Below, piece after piece: positions 28,138 through 41,765 of a stretch of 64,000 bases of DNA. The DNA comes from Escherichia phage wV7. Position 1 is the stretch's first letter. The number at the start of each line of letters is the position of its first letter. The notes under the pieces are model-generated. The model was not told where the DNA came from. It made no database searches and saw only the letters and a list, made by a program, of their open reading frames with translations. The stretch lies in sequence record NC_019505.1; one strand, given 5' to 3'. A program made the translations under genes and the position numbers.

Positions 28138-28472
28138 TTCATAATCACCAGATAAGCAGATTTAGCAGTTTCAACACGATAAATTTCGTGACGAAGTTTA
28201 GTTATACTTTTAATAACAGAACTAATTATATTCTGCCCATCTTTAAAGCGGTTTTTCTTATCAATAAAAATTGCGCCAACCATCTTTTTGTGAAGCTCAA
28301 CTGGATACTTCGTCACAATAATAGCATCATATACGGAAGGATGAATACTATTTACTAGAGTGTCATTCATTAAAGTTATTCTAATGAACTGTGCTGTTTC
28401 AGAGTCAAGCGCTCTATGATCGCCAGTATCATTTTCAAGACAATTATCAATTATATCAGTTAAATTCATCAT
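28134..28472 (-). CDS. Hypothetical protein (cd.1 position)
   Basis: 112 aa ORF. Confidence 0.5.
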   Translation of the reverse strand: MMNLTDIIDNCLENDTGDHRALDSETAQFIRITLMNDTLVNSIHPSVYDAIIVTKYPVELHKKMVGAIFIDKKNRFKDGQNIISSVIKSITKLRHEIYRVETAKSAYLVIMK

Positions 28473-28708
28473 AGTACGCCATACACCCTTTGTGCTTCAA
28501 CTAATCCATCAAAATCTAATTTAAGATGCGATATTTGATCGCCATCACCTGGATTCACAATTACTAATACTGAACGAGGAGTTTCAGTAATAACACGAAC
28601 CGATGTTTCAGGAAATCGTTCAGAAACCTTATTTACCAATTCCTGTGCAAATAGCTTAACTTTTTCTTGGAATTCTTTAACAGTAATCGGTTTTTCACTT
28701 AGCAGCAT
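28469..28708 (-). CDS. Hypothetical protein (cd.2 position)
   Basis: 79 aa ORF. Confidence 0.5.
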   Translation of the reverse strand: MLLSEKPITVKEFQEKVKLFAQELVNKVSERFPETSVRVITETPRSVLVIVNPGDGDQISHLKLDFDGLVEAQRVYGVL

Positions 28709-28770
28709 TTTGTTTTCCTCATTTGTTTTGGTAGAGCTATAATATCACAACTCTACCGTAAAGTAAACTA

Positions 28771-29076
28771 TTAAATTGCTTTGAATTCTGATGTCTGTGA
28801 TTCAAAACGAATGTCGCCTTTGATAACTAGCTCAGCATCAAGACCGAATACAACAATGATATGCGCGGAACCTGGATACAACGTGATGGCAACAGAATCC
28901 ACCTGGTCTGGAAGCAAAGTGTTCAATACATGAGTCACTTGAGCATGAATTCGAAGCTCGGCTGCGTTATCAAGCTTTTCAAACATATTATTAGCGATAA
29001 TTTGACTAAACACTACTTCTACAATTTTAGAATAAGTCGGAAACATATTTACCTCACATAATTTTCTTCGAGCCAA
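28771..29076 (-). CDS. Hypothetical protein (cd.3 position)
   Basis: 101 aa ORF. Confidence 0.5.
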   Translation of the reverse strand: MARRKLCEVNMFPTYSKIVEVVFSQIIANNMFEKLDNAAELRIHAQVTHVLNTLLPDQVDSVAITLYPGSAHIIVVFGLDAELVIKGDIRFESQTSEFKAI

Positions 29077-29241
29077 TCAATAACATCCAACGCATTATCA
29101 AAAGTTGAACCATCTACTTTGTCTTCTGTTTCATAATCAAGAACATCTAAACCTACTCTTCCATCAACAATAGGCCATAAACAAAATAGATATTTCTTTT
29201 CTTTTTCAATTTTATCACAAAGACGATAAATCTTTTCTATG

Positions 29242-29249
<8 letters not shown>
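29049..29249 (-). CDS. Hypothetical protein (cd.4 position)
   Basis: 66 aa ORF. Confidence 0.45.
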
Positions 29250-30639
<1,390 letters not shown>

Positions 30640-30643
<4 letters not shown>

Positions 30644-30870
30644 TTATTTTTCTCAACCAATGATTGAATATAATCATGCAGGTCTTTAGATGCTTTACCC
30701 CACTTATTTTGATATTCATTTTTGAGATTAGCGCGTGATTGAGCTAATAAAACATCATTAGTTGGAGGTAAAGATTCTAATCGTTGAATCTGTCGTCCAT
30801 AAATCATTGCAGCCATCTCGGATTCATAAATTAATCCTTTTAGATGTTCAAATTGATACCATGAAATCAT
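30640..30870 (-). CDS. Hypothetical protein
   Basis: 76 aa ORF. Confidence 0.5.
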
Positions 30871-31166
30871 TTACATTTATCCTCTTTTAGCTCTTGACGA
30901 TAATAACATATCATAGTTTTCTGGTCATGTACATATCGTTTTACATCATTAAGCCAAATACGAAATTCCTGAGAATCTTCAAATGGCATACCTACCCAAG
31001 CTTTACCATCAATAACTTTAACTTGCCAAGATAGTTTAGCTTCGTCATATGACTTTATTTGCACAGGCCAATTAGGATGAACTGTTTCTTTCTTTACTTC
31101 TAGAGGCTTTGTCGAACAACCAACTAGAAGACCAATAGATAATATTACTGCAGATAATTTAATCAT
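30867..31166 (-). CDS. Outer-membrane lipoprotein, probable o-spanin (pseT.2 position)
   Basis: Signal peptide plus lipobox (LLVGCST); start overlaps the upstream gene. Confidence 0.65.
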   Translation of the reverse strand: MIKLSAVILSIGLLVGCSTKPLEVKKETVHPNWPVQIKSYDEAKLSWQVKVIDGKAWVGMPFEDSQEFRIWLNDVKRYVHDQKTMICYYRQELKEDKCK

Positions 31167-31516
31167 TTAGAAAGGTCCTGGATGTCTTCTGCGAACTTGT
31201 TGAAGGAGTTGTTGATTTGTTTTTCAACCAATCCTGGCTTACGAGCCACCACATCCGCCTTCTTTGCATCTTTGCGCAGTTTTTCATTTTCACGCTCAAT
31301 AGCAGCAATCGCCTCACGATTTTTATTATTCATCGCATCAATATAATTATACTGAATTCGCAAATTATTTAATGCTAAGGCGTTTTCATTGGCCGTTTTT
31401 GTAATTTCTACAACAGACGTTTCTAATCTTTCTACCTTATTTTTTAAAATAATAGATGTTCCGCCAAATGCTATTACAAGTAATAGCAATCCAGCTGTAA
31501 AATTACTTACATGCAT
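31163..31516 (-). CDS. Probable i-spanin (pseT.3 position)
   Basis: N-terminal transmembrane helix followed by a coiled-coil-like periplasmic domain. Confidence 0.65.
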   Translation of the reverse strand: MHVSNFTAGLLLLVIAFGGTSIILKNKVERLETSVVEITKTANENALALNNLRIQYNYIDAMNNKNREAIAAIERENEKLRKDAKKADVVARKPGLVEKQINNSFNKFAEDIQDLSK

Positions 31517-32013
31517 AAAGTTTTAATAACCTCTATAATATCGTCTTGAGAAAGACCGTTAATTAAAATATGATGTTCAGCCGGAGATTTAGAAATTTTA
31601 AAGCACGCCGCAACATCTTCTGCCATATCCGATGCGCTACGATTTGGATTACTAATTCCAAGACGATGCTTTCCTGTCAAAGGATTAACGATGATATAGC
31701 ATTTGCAGCTATTGATATGAACATTAGGTTGAGTCTGATTAATAAACACTTCACAATCATACTTAGCGAGTTGATTTTCTAAAAAGACTTTCATCTCCTC
31801 AACCGCATCAGGAAGCATATCACGGGCTTGCTCAAGACGACGATTTCGATATTCTTTAATGGTCGTTTTCCGCTTGACTTGCTTAGCTAAATCTTTCTTA
31901 AGATCGGTGATATATCCAACTCGACGATTTCCTTTGAATACAGAAATCCCATCTGTAGTATCACCGTATGCTTCAACGACCATTTCAGTAGTAATAAGCT
32001 GCAAATCCATCAT
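31507..32013 (-). CDS. alc: Alc, inhibitor of host transcription on cytosine-containing DNA
   Basis: 168 aa, MMDLQLITTEMVVEAYGDTTDG...; size and position as T4 alc. Confidence 0.8.
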   Translation of the reverse strand: MMDLQLITTEMVVEAYGDTTDGISVFKGNRRVGYITDLKKDLAKQVKRKTTIKEYRNRRLEQARDMLPDAVEEMKVFLENQLAKYDCEVFINQTQPNVHINSCKCYIIVNPLTGKHRLGISNPNRSASDMAEDVAACFKISKSPAEHHILINGLSQDDIIEVIKTLCM

Positions 32014-32041
32014 AAAGTCCTCATGTTATGTCAGTAAGATT

Positions 32042-32071
32042 ACTATAACACAACACGAGGGACTTGTAAAC
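32042..32071 (-). promoter_or_regulatory. Early promoter (GTTTACA, 17 nt, TATAGT); near-identical copy of the 16718-16747 element
   Basis: Minus strand: gTTTACAagtccctcgtgttgtgtTATAGTAatcttactgacataacatgaggactttATG. Confidence 0.6.
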
Positions 32072-32074
32072 AGC

Positions 32075-33686
<1,612 letters not shown>

Positions 33687-33689
33687 TCC

Positions 33690-34868
33690 TTAAAAGTATT
33701 TTTTAAAACTCATCATAACTTTATCATCAACATCATTATCAATCTGTGCAACAAGATAAGATGACAGTTCTACTTCTTGCGGCGCGGATTGAACATTATC
33801 AGAATTAAGGTATTCACGAATCCAAGGATATGGATGTTTAACCGGAGCATCGGTAATCGGGCATGGAAGACCACACTGTTTCATACGAGATACAGTTAAG
33901 TAATCAATAAAGCTCCACATGCTATTTGTATTTAATCCAGGAACATCGCCATCTTTAAATAAATGAACTGCCCAATCTTTTTCTTGGCGGTTAACTTCCA
34001 TGAAAATATCAACTGCTTCTTGTTCACACTCTTTGGCAATTTTAACCCATTCATCACCATCAGTGCCAAGTTGAAGTTGACGAATAATATATTGTGTACC
34101 TTTAAGATGAAGCTGCTCATCACGTGCAATGAACTTCATAATCTTGGCATTACCTTCCATGATTTCCATGTTTTTATGGAAGTTAAAGGTACACGCAAAT
34201 GATACATAAAAACGAATAGCTTCTAATGCATTAATAACGTGCAGACAGAGATAAAGCGACTTCATCAGGTCTCGTTTACATTCTTCCAAATGAGTGAGAC
34301 TGTTTGAATATGCTTCTAAATCATATTCATTTTCAGCAAAATAACTAAAGTTTTCTTTGGCGTTTTCCCAAATACGTGTCTTGTCCAGAACATCATCATA
34401 ATAACGACCAATAGATTCAGCACGTTTCATGATAGCTTTATCTAATACAATCTCATCAAATACCTTTGACGGATCAGCATAAAGATTTCGCATAATATGA
34501 GTGTATGAACGACTGTGAATAGTTTCACTAAAAGTCCATGTAGCAACCCATGTATCAAGGCTTGGGTCTGAAATCAATGACATAAGTACAGCAGACGGTG
34601 CACGACCCTGAATGCTATCTAGAAGTGATTGATACTTCAGATTATTAGTAAAAATATTCTGCTGATATTGAGGAAGCTTATTAAACTGTGCAGCATCCAT
34701 CATTAAGTTTACTTCTTCAGGACGCCAGAAAAATGACAACTGCTTTTCGGTTAAATCTTCAAAAACTTTATGACGTTGAATATCATAACGCGCAATACCA
34801 AGACCTGAACCAAAAAACATAGGTTCTTTTAAAACATCAACTGGATTTGTATTAAAAACTGTGCTCAT
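33690..34868 (-). CDS. nrdB: Ribonucleotide reductase small subunit, uninterrupted
   Basis: 392 aa continuous ORF with ferritin-like motifs; no intervening sequence. Confidence 0.92.
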   Translation of the reverse strand: MSTVFNTNPVDVLKEPMFFGSGLGIARYDIQRHKVFEDLTEKQLSFFWRPEEVNLMMDAAQFNKLPQYQQNIFTNNLKYQSLLDSIQGRAPSAVLMSLISDPSLDTWVATWTFSETIHSRSYTHIMRNLYADPSKVFDEIVLDKAIMKRAESIGRYYDDVLDKTRIWENAKENFSYFAENEYDLEAYSNSLTHLEECKRDLMKSLYLCLHVINALEAIRFYVSFACTFNFHKNMEIMEGNAKIMKFIARDEQLHLKGTQYIIRQLQLGTDGDEWVKIAKECEQEAVDIFMEVNRQEKDWAVHLFKDGDVPGLNTNSMWSFIDYLTVSRMKQCGLPCPITDAPVKHPYPWIREYLNSDNVQSAPQEVELSSYLVAQIDNDVDDKVMMSFKKYF

Positions 34869-34920
34869 AAATTTTCCGCTTAGTTAATAGTTTGGTGACT
34901 CGTCCGTGAGTCAAATTATA

Positions 34921-37185
34921 TCATAATTTACAGGATGAACAATCTTCAGCTTTTGGAGTTTCTATTTCATAATCATCAGTACCAGAACCATCACGGGTAT
35001 TATGATAATAGAAATTTTTTCCGCCAAAATACCAAAAATACAAAAGGTCATCAATCATTATTGACATTGGAACCTTTCCTTTTGGAAAAATCTGCGGGTC
35101 ATAATATGTATTCGCTGAAGCTGATTGACATACCCATTTCAGCATAATAGCTACCTGCGTAAGATAAGGTTTATTACCTTTCTTAGCTAATTTCCATGTA
35201 TAATCATATAGGTCTATGTTATGTTCAATATTGGGCACGACTTGATTAAAGGAACCCTCTTTTGATTCTTTAACAGAGACTGGTCCACGTGGAGGCTCGA
35301 TACCGTTTGTACTGTTAGAAACTTGGGAAGATGACTCACATGGCATAAGTGCTGATAATGTGCTATTACGGATGCCAAAGAGCTTAAGGTCTTCCCGCAG
35401 CGACGACCAGTCACAAACGTATTTTGGAGATGCGATTTGGTCAATCTTTTTATTGTACCAGTCGATAGGTAATTCGCCTCGAGACCAACGAGTGTCTGAA
35501 TAATATTCACAAGGTCCTTTTTCTTTGGCGAGTTTAATGGATGCTTTAATGAGTCCATACTGTAATCTCTCAAATAGTTCATGTGTTAAATCGTTAGCAT
35601 CTTCATAAGAAGCAAAGTTACTTGCCAACCAAGCTGCATAGTTAGTAACACCTACACCGAGGTTACGACGCTTTTTAGCTTTTTCTGCTTCAGGAACTGG
35701 ATATCCTTGGTAATCCAAAAGATTATCAAGAGCACGAACCTGGACTTCTGCCAATTCATTAATTTTATCTTGGTCTTGCCAGTCAAAATTATCCAGTACG
35801 AATGCAGAGAGAGTACACAATCCAATTTCAGCATCAGGACTATTCACATCATTTGTTGGAATAGCAATTTCACAGCACAAGTTACTCTGACGAATAGGTG
35901 CCTTTTCACGAATAAACGGAGTATAGTTATTCGTATTATCAATGAACTGTACATAAATCCTTGCTGTTCCTGAGCGTTCAGTCATGAGCAATTCAAATAG
36001 TTCACGAGCTTTAATACGCTTTTTACGAATATTAGGGTCTTTTTCTGCGGCTTCATACAATTCACGGAAACGGTCTTGGTCTTTAAAATAAGAATAATAA
36101 AGCTCTCCGCCCATTTCATGGGGACTGAACAAAGTAATGTAATCGTTCTTTCCAAAACGTTCCATCATCAAATCATTCAGTTGAACACCATAATCCATAT
36201 GACGAATGCGGTTTTCTTCTACGCCTTTGTTATTTTTCAAAACAAGAAGATTTTCAACTTCCAAATGCCAAATAGGATAATAAGCAGTAGCAGCGCCGCC
36301 ACGAATTCCACCCTGTGAGCATGATTTAACAGCAGTCTGAAAATGTTTCCAAAAAGGAATAACACCAGTATGGCGTACTTCACCCATGCCAATCTTAGAA
36401 CCTTCAGCACGAATCATACCAACGTTAATACCAATTCCAGCGCGTTTAGAGATATATTCAACAATTGAAGCGGAAGCCTTATTGATAGACTTTAATGAAT
36501 CACCTGCCTCAATAACAACGCATGAACTAAACTGCCGGGTTGGAGTACGGCAACCAGCCATAATAGGAGTTGGCAATGAAATCTGTCGAGTAGATACTGC
36601 TTCATAAAAACGGATAACGTGTTTTAATCTATCAACAGGTTCATCTTGATGCAATGCCATTCCAATAGTCATAAATGCAAACTGTGGAGTTTCATAAATT
36701 TGACCAGTGGTTTTATCTTTAACTAGATATTTTTCTTTTAATTGCATCGCCCCGGAATAAGTAAATTCCATATCCCGCTCGTGCTTAATTTTTGATTCTA
36801 AAAATGTAATTTCTTCTGCAGAATATTTTGACAACAATTCAGGGTCGTATTTACCTTCATTTACACAGTAAGAAATATGGTCAATAAATGAACGTGGTTC
36901 ATACTGCCCATAAACATGCTTACGAAGAGCAAACATTAAACAGCGTGCAGCTACATATTGATAATCAGGTTCTTCAACCGAAATAGAATTCGCAGCGGCC
37001 TTAATGACAATAGTCTGAATATCATCAGTTGTCATTCCATCACGGAGATAAGATTTAATATTTTCATATAATTCATAAGGATCTACTGATGTTCCTTCAG
37101 CTGCCCAAGATAAAACTTTAATAATTTTTTGTGGGTCAAAGCTCTGAGAAACACCACTACTTTTGATAACATTAATTAATTGCAT
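34921..37185 (-). CDS. nrdA: Ribonucleotide reductase large subunit
   Basis: 754 aa; class Ia catalytic motifs (NLCCEI, C-terminal Cys pair CSSCKL). Confidence 0.93.
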   Translation of the reverse strand: MQLINVIKSSGVSQSFDPQKIIKVLSWAAEGTSVDPYELYENIKSYLRDGMTTDDIQTIVIKAAANSISVEEPDYQYVAARCLMFALRKHVYGQYEPRSFIDHISYCVNEGKYDPELLSKYSAEEITFLESKIKHERDMEFTYSGAMQLKEKYLVKDKTTGQIYETPQFAFMTIGMALHQDEPVDRLKHVIRFYEAVSTRQISLPTPIMAGCRTPTRQFSSCVVIEAGDSLKSINKASASIVEYISKRAGIGINVGMIRAEGSKIGMGEVRHTGVIPFWKHFQTAVKSCSQGGIRGGAATAYYPIWHLEVENLLVLKNNKGVEENRIRHMDYGVQLNDLMMERFGKNDYITLFSPHEMGGELYYSYFKDQDRFRELYEAAEKDPNIRKKRIKARELFELLMTERSGTARIYVQFIDNTNNYTPFIREKAPIRQSNLCCEIAIPTNDVNSPDAEIGLCTLSAFVLDNFDWQDQDKINELAEVQVRALDNLLDYQGYPVPEAEKAKKRRNLGVGVTNYAAWLASNFASYEDANDLTHELFERLQYGLIKASIKLAKEKGPCEYYSDTRWSRGELPIDWYNKKIDQIASPKYVCDWSSLREDLKLFGIRNSTLSALMPCESSSQVSNSTNGIEPPRGPVSVKESKEGSFNQVVPNIEHNIDLYDYTWKLAKKGNKPYLTQVAIMLKWVCQSASANTYYDPQIFPKGKVPMSIMIDDLLYFWYFGGKNFYYHNTRDGSGTDDYEIETPKAEDCSSCKL

Positions 37186-37502
37186 AAGTCCTCAACTTGA
37201 AAATCGTCTTTAAACAATCGGTTAACTATATGAGCTATTATATCACCATGACACGGCTTTGGTTTACATGTGCATCCTAGCCTCATTCCACGTAAAGGCT
37301 CTAAATGTGCTTTAGTTATTTCTCCGGATTTAATTCGACGTATAAAATCTTTTTTGAATAATTCAATGGCAGCCTCCCGGCTGCCAGCATCTTTACCGAC
37401 GTAATTTCCCCAAAATGTACCACGGTGAATATTAACATCAAAGTCGGATTTATATTTATTCACTACTCGGCATATACGGCCTGCGCGGTTGTAAGTGTTC
37501 AT
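37176..37502 (-). CDS. Hypothetical protein (nrdA.1 position)
   Basis: 108 aa ORF. Confidence 0.5.
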   Translation of the reverse strand: MNTYNRAGRICRVVNKYKSDFDVNIHRGTFWGNYVGKDAGSREAAIELFKKDFIRRIKSGEITKAHLEPLRGMRLGCTCKPKPCHGDIIAHIVNRLFKDDFQVEDLCN

Positions 37503-37731
37503 ATTGTTCTTCCGTTAAAACAGTAATATCGTAGTAACAGTCAGAAGAAGTTTTAACTGTGGAAATTTTATTATCAAAATACTCACGAGTCATTTTATGA
37601 GTATAATATTTTTTGCCATAAATGATAATAGGCTGATTTGGTCCTGGAACTTCTAACTCACTTGGATTAGGAAGTGTAAAAAGAACTACACCAGAAGTAT
37701 CTTTAAATCGTAAAATCATATATCCTCGCAA
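37456..37731 (-). CDS. Hypothetical protein (nrdA.2 position)
   Basis: 91 aa ORF. Confidence 0.5.
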   Translation of the reverse strand: MRGYMILRFKDTSGVVLFTLPNPSELEVPGPNQPIIIYGKKYYTHKMTREYFDNKISTVKTSSDCYYDITVLTEEQYEHLQPRRPYMPSSE

Positions 37732-37739
37732 TAATAAAA

Positions 37740-38600
37740 TTACACCGCCATCTTTCCTTTAATAGGAGGATGTGATTCATAGTTGTTAAGAACAAAATTA
37801 TGAGGCTTTGCAAATTGACTCAACCAAAATACCTGCGATTCTGTGTCCCATTCATCAAATTCATCTGGAAATTTTAATTGTAATTCGCATAAATCCATAG
37901 GTTCACGACATAAAATTTCTTTACATTGTTCTACGTGATTCATATAGATATGAGTATTACCACCAGAAAATATCAAATCTCCCGGAATAAGATTACACAT
38001 CTTAGCTACAATATGAACTAACGTAGCATATGATGCAATATTAAATGGAAGACCGAGGAAAACATCTACCGAACGTTGATACCACTGAAGGTCAAGGTAT
38101 CCATTACGCACATTAAACTGATAGAACATATGACAAGGCGGTAATGCCATATATTTAAGTTCAGCTGGATTCCACGCAGAAACAATTTGACGCCTATCAT
38201 TTGGCAGTTTTTTAATACGATCAATAACTTCTATAATTTGATCTACACCGCCAAAATCACGCCACTGTTTTCCATAAATTGGACCAAGTTCACCGCTATG
38301 GTATCCTAAATCTTTTGCTTGATTTTCGTAATTTTCATCCCAGACTGTTTTGCCTTGAATTAATGAATCATGTTGAATTAATCGCAAATCATTGACATTT
38401 GTGCTTCCTGATAAAAACCATATTAGCTCAGCAATGCATGCATTCCAGGCGAGCTTTTTAGTTGTTACTGCAGGAAAACCTTTGGTTAAATCCCAACGCA
38501 ATTTAGTACCGAACAAAGCAATTGTTCCTGTGCCCGTTCGGTCATCGGTTTCATAGCCATTTTCAAAAATGTCTTTAATTAAATCTTGGTATTGTTTCAT
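37740..38600 (-). CDS. td: Thymidylate synthase, uninterrupted
   Basis: 286 aa continuous [29 protein letters not shown]...; active-site region PPCH present. Confidence 0.93.
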   Translation of the reverse strand: MKQYQDLIKDIFENGYETDDRTGTGTIALFGTKLRWDLTKGFPAVTTKKLAWNACIAELIWFLSGSTNVNDLRLIQHDSLIQGKTVWDENYENQAKDLGYHSGELGPIYGKQWRDFGGVDQIIEVIDRIKKLPNDRRQIVSAWNPAELKYMALPPCHMFYQFNVRNGYLDLQWYQRSVDVFLGLPFNIASYATLVHIVAKMCNLIPGDLIFSGGNTHIYMNHVEQCKEILCREPMDLCELQLKFPDEFDEWDTESQVFWLSQFAKPHNFVLNNYESHPPIKGKMAV

Positions 38601-38645
38601 TTAGTACCTTATATAAATTATAATACATTTTATGAAGCTAAATAA

Positions 38646-38993
38646 TCAATACGGTTTAGCATCAAATTTTCTCTCAATTTCAGGCGTGAAATATAATTCT
38701 TTACCGCGTTTGGAAAAGCGACCAATAATATGATAATTATTCTCATCAAACGTGATATTACCAATATCCATAGCTTTCAACCAAATATCGATATTTCTAT
38801 CCAGCTTTATGTCAAAATTCCAATACGGAGAACTATTACCGAAAATACTACAAGCGGATTCAGTGAAACAACTGCTATAAATCTTGTCTTTAGGAACTAC
38901 TAATTGATAGACACCTTTAATAAACTGAGGACCCTGCCACTTTGGCTGTTTCTCATCTTTTTCTAATAGAATAGGGTAATAATTAAAATTCAT
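38646..38993 (-). CDS. Hypothetical protein between frd and td
   Basis: 115 aa ORF with intergenic spacing on both sides. Confidence 0.55.
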   Translation of the reverse strand: MNFNYYPILLEKDEKQPKWQGPQFIKGVYQLVVPKDKIYSSCFTESACSIFGNSSPYWNFDIKLDRNIDIWLKAMDIGNITFDENNYHIIGRFSKRGKELYFTPEIERKFDAKPY

Positions 38994-39012
38994 ATTTCCG
39001 CCGCGCGTTATT

Positions 39013-39971
<959 letters not shown>

Positions 39972-40024
39972 TTTTTAAAGCATTGCATAATAGAATTCAT
40001 CATTCATAAACTCAAATACAAAAA

Positions 40025-40384
40025 TTATATTATCTCCCATCGAAAAGGGTCAGGAGCATATCCGATAGAGTTAATCATTTTAACTAAAGTTACCATTCCT
40101 TTGTTAACTGCTTGTGCGATTTCATCAAAAACTTCATCGCTATCATCATAAAGGTCATTAAAAAGTTCTAACACGTTCTTCTGAACTTTTAATTTATGAC
40201 CAACAATCTCGCCTACAGTAAATTCGTTTCCGCCGATTCCAGTGTAAAACGTAATTACACCAGTTAACAGACTTTCGCGAGAATCTAGGTCATGTGATAA
40301 ATTAATATAAGCCATCCCGGGTGCAGTTTTAAGTTGGCAACGAATTCTTACTTGGGTAATTCCGGTTACATGAATGTCGGACAT
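40025..40384 (-). CDS. Hypothetical early protein (start set at internal ATG with ribosome-binding site)
   Basis: Track ORF 40025..40549 overlaps the upstream gene; gaggaaaataatATG at about 40384. Confidence 0.5.
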   Translation of the reverse strand: MSDIHVTGITQVRIRCQLKTAPGMAYINLSHDLDSRESLLTGVITFYTGIGGNEFTVGEIVGHKLKVQKNVLELFNDLYDDSDEVFDEIAQAVNKGMVTLVKMINSIGYAPDPFRWEII

Positions 40385-40394
40385 ATTATTTTCC

Positions 40395-40634
40395 TCACGC
40401 TTTCTTAGCGACTTTCCAGTCAGCTTTAAATTGGTCAACGTCAGAGTGATGAATCCAGAAACCAGATGAGCTACCATCTTCATAAAGAGGACAACCATCA
40501 CACTCATCTTCCCATCCCATATCACGTAAAAGATGTTCAGCTTTTTCAATGAGTTCAGAATCTTTACCGATGATATTAAAATACCATTTACCTCTAACTT
40601 CTGAATCTTTGATGCTCTGGCGTTGTAATCTCAT
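40395..40634 (-). CDS. Hypothetical early protein (start at ATG after promoter)
   Basis: Track ORF 40395..40724 reads through the promoter; ribosome-binding site plus ATG at about 40634. Confidence 0.5.
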   Translation of the reverse strand: MRLQRQSIKDSEVRGKWYFNIIGKDSELIEKAEHLLRDMGWEDECDGCPLYEDGSSSGFWIHHSDVDQFKADWKVAKKA

Positions 40635-40660
40635 TTTATTCTCCTCAAGTTGATAGGGTA

Positions 40661-40690
40661 ATAGTATCACACTACTACCCTGTTGTAAAC
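40661..40690 (-). promoter_or_regulatory. Early promoter (GTTTACA, 17 nt, TACTAT)
   Basis: Minus strand: tTTTACAacagggtagtagtgtgaTACTATTaccctatcaacttgaggagaataaaATG. Confidence 0.55.
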
Positions 40691-40692
40691 AA

Positions 40693-40953
40693 TTATTTTT
40701 GAATTTTATCGAGCCACTTACCAAGCTTAATCATTTCTTTAGTAGCCTTTTCCATACTTCTGAACTTAACCAATAGAGGATAGGTATCGACACCCATAAC
40801 TAAACTGGTTACAAGACTGTGTTCACCCACAAGCCATAACGAATACGTTTGAATATCGAGTCCGTAATTTCTGTCTTTATGGACCCGTACACCCATCACT
40901 TCAAATTTCTCACTAGCTTTTTCTACCGCATCCAGGAAATCATCTTTAGTCAT
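40693..40953 (-). CDS. Hypothetical early protein
   Basis: Track ORF 40693..40995; internal ATG at ~40953 forms an ATGA overlap with the upstream stop. Confidence 0.45.
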   Translation of the reverse strand: MTKDDFLDAVEKASEKFEVMGVRVHKDRNYGLDIQTYSLWLVGEHSLVTSLVMGVDTYPLLVKFRSMEKATKEMIKLGKWLDKIQK

Positions 40954-40954
40954 A

Positions 40955-41341
40955 TTAGGCCTTAAAAGTTTTTCGCAAAAGTTCAATGATTTCATCTACA
41001 TTGTTTTCGTCAACAATGCAGTGAATTTTTGTTACGCCAGAAACTATACCTTCATTAGCGGATTGAGGCTTTTCTAAAGTTACCTCAGTAAAGTATTTGA
41101 ATTCTTCAGAGTAAATCTCAAAATACGTCTCAAGTGGGCCACCCGCCATGTATTCAGTGCCGTCTTCCATAGTTACACGTACCACACAGTCACCAGCACA
41201 ATCATCACTTTCCATTTCATCTACAACAAAACTAGGTCCGTGCTTCTCTATTAAATTTAGCATCATTACATTGCAACGGCACTCGTTAGCAAAGTCATTT
41301 TTAAATAAAGGGTTAATGATATAAGTTTTTCCAACTTCCAC
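40955..41341 (-). CDS. Hypothetical early protein
   Basis: 128 aa ORF. Confidence 0.5.
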   Translation of the reverse strand: MEVGKTYIINPLFKNDFANECRCNVMMLNLIEKHGPSFVVDEMESDDCAGDCVVRVTMEDGTEYMAGGPLETYFEIYSEEFKYFTEVTLEKPQSANEGIVSGVTKIHCIVDENNVDEIIELLRKTFKA

Positions 41342-41387
41342 TTTGATTTCCTCATTTTAACGGGGCTATCAAATAGCCCCTTGATAA

Positions 41388-41618
41388 TTATTGTTCAATC
41401 AGTCCCATGTAAAATTCTGCGTCTTCAGAATCCATGCCATCGCAATATTCATTAGCCATAAAGCGGGTAAGGTCTTCAAGAGGACCTTCAATGACAATAG
41501 AAAAATTGCAATAATTGGGATCATCATGAATACTTGTGATACTAAGTTCAGGATAACGATTACGAATAATCTCTTCAATATATTCAAAATCAACGATGTC
41601 AATATCAACTTTAGCCAT
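41388..41618 (-). CDS. Hypothetical early protein (frd.3 position), ~76 aa
   Basis: Track ORF reads through the promoter; real start [16 protein letters not shown] after ribosome-binding site gaggaaaataatATG. Confidence 0.5.
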   Translation of the reverse strand: MAKVDIDIVDFEYIEEIIRNRYPELSITSIHDDPNYCNFSIVIEGPLEDLTRFMANEYCDGMDSEDAEFYMGLIEQ

Positions 41619-41661
41619 ATTATTTTCCTCTTTAATCATCAGCAGTATTGCCGATAGTTGT

Positions 41662-41691
41662 ATAGTACCATGGAAGGACAAGGATGTAAAC
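41662..41691 (-). promoter_or_regulatory. Early promoter (GTTTACA, 17 nt, TACTAT) directly downstream of the gene 32 terminator
   Basis: Minus strand: ttttttattttcaaaaattttttcacaaaactgTTTACAtccttgtccttccatggTACTATAcaactatc. Confidence 0.6.
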
Positions 41692-41723
41692 AGTTTTGTG
41701 AAAAAATTTTTGAAAATAAAAAA

Positions 41724-41742
41724 GGGGACCTCTAGGGTCCCC
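41724..41742 (-). terminator. Gene 32 terminator hairpin GGGGACC-loop-GGTCCCC
   Basis: 7-bp perfect stem followed by a U-run on the minus strand, just 3' of the gene 32 stop. Confidence 0.65.
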
Positions 41743-41765
41743 AATTAATTAGTAATTATAATCTA

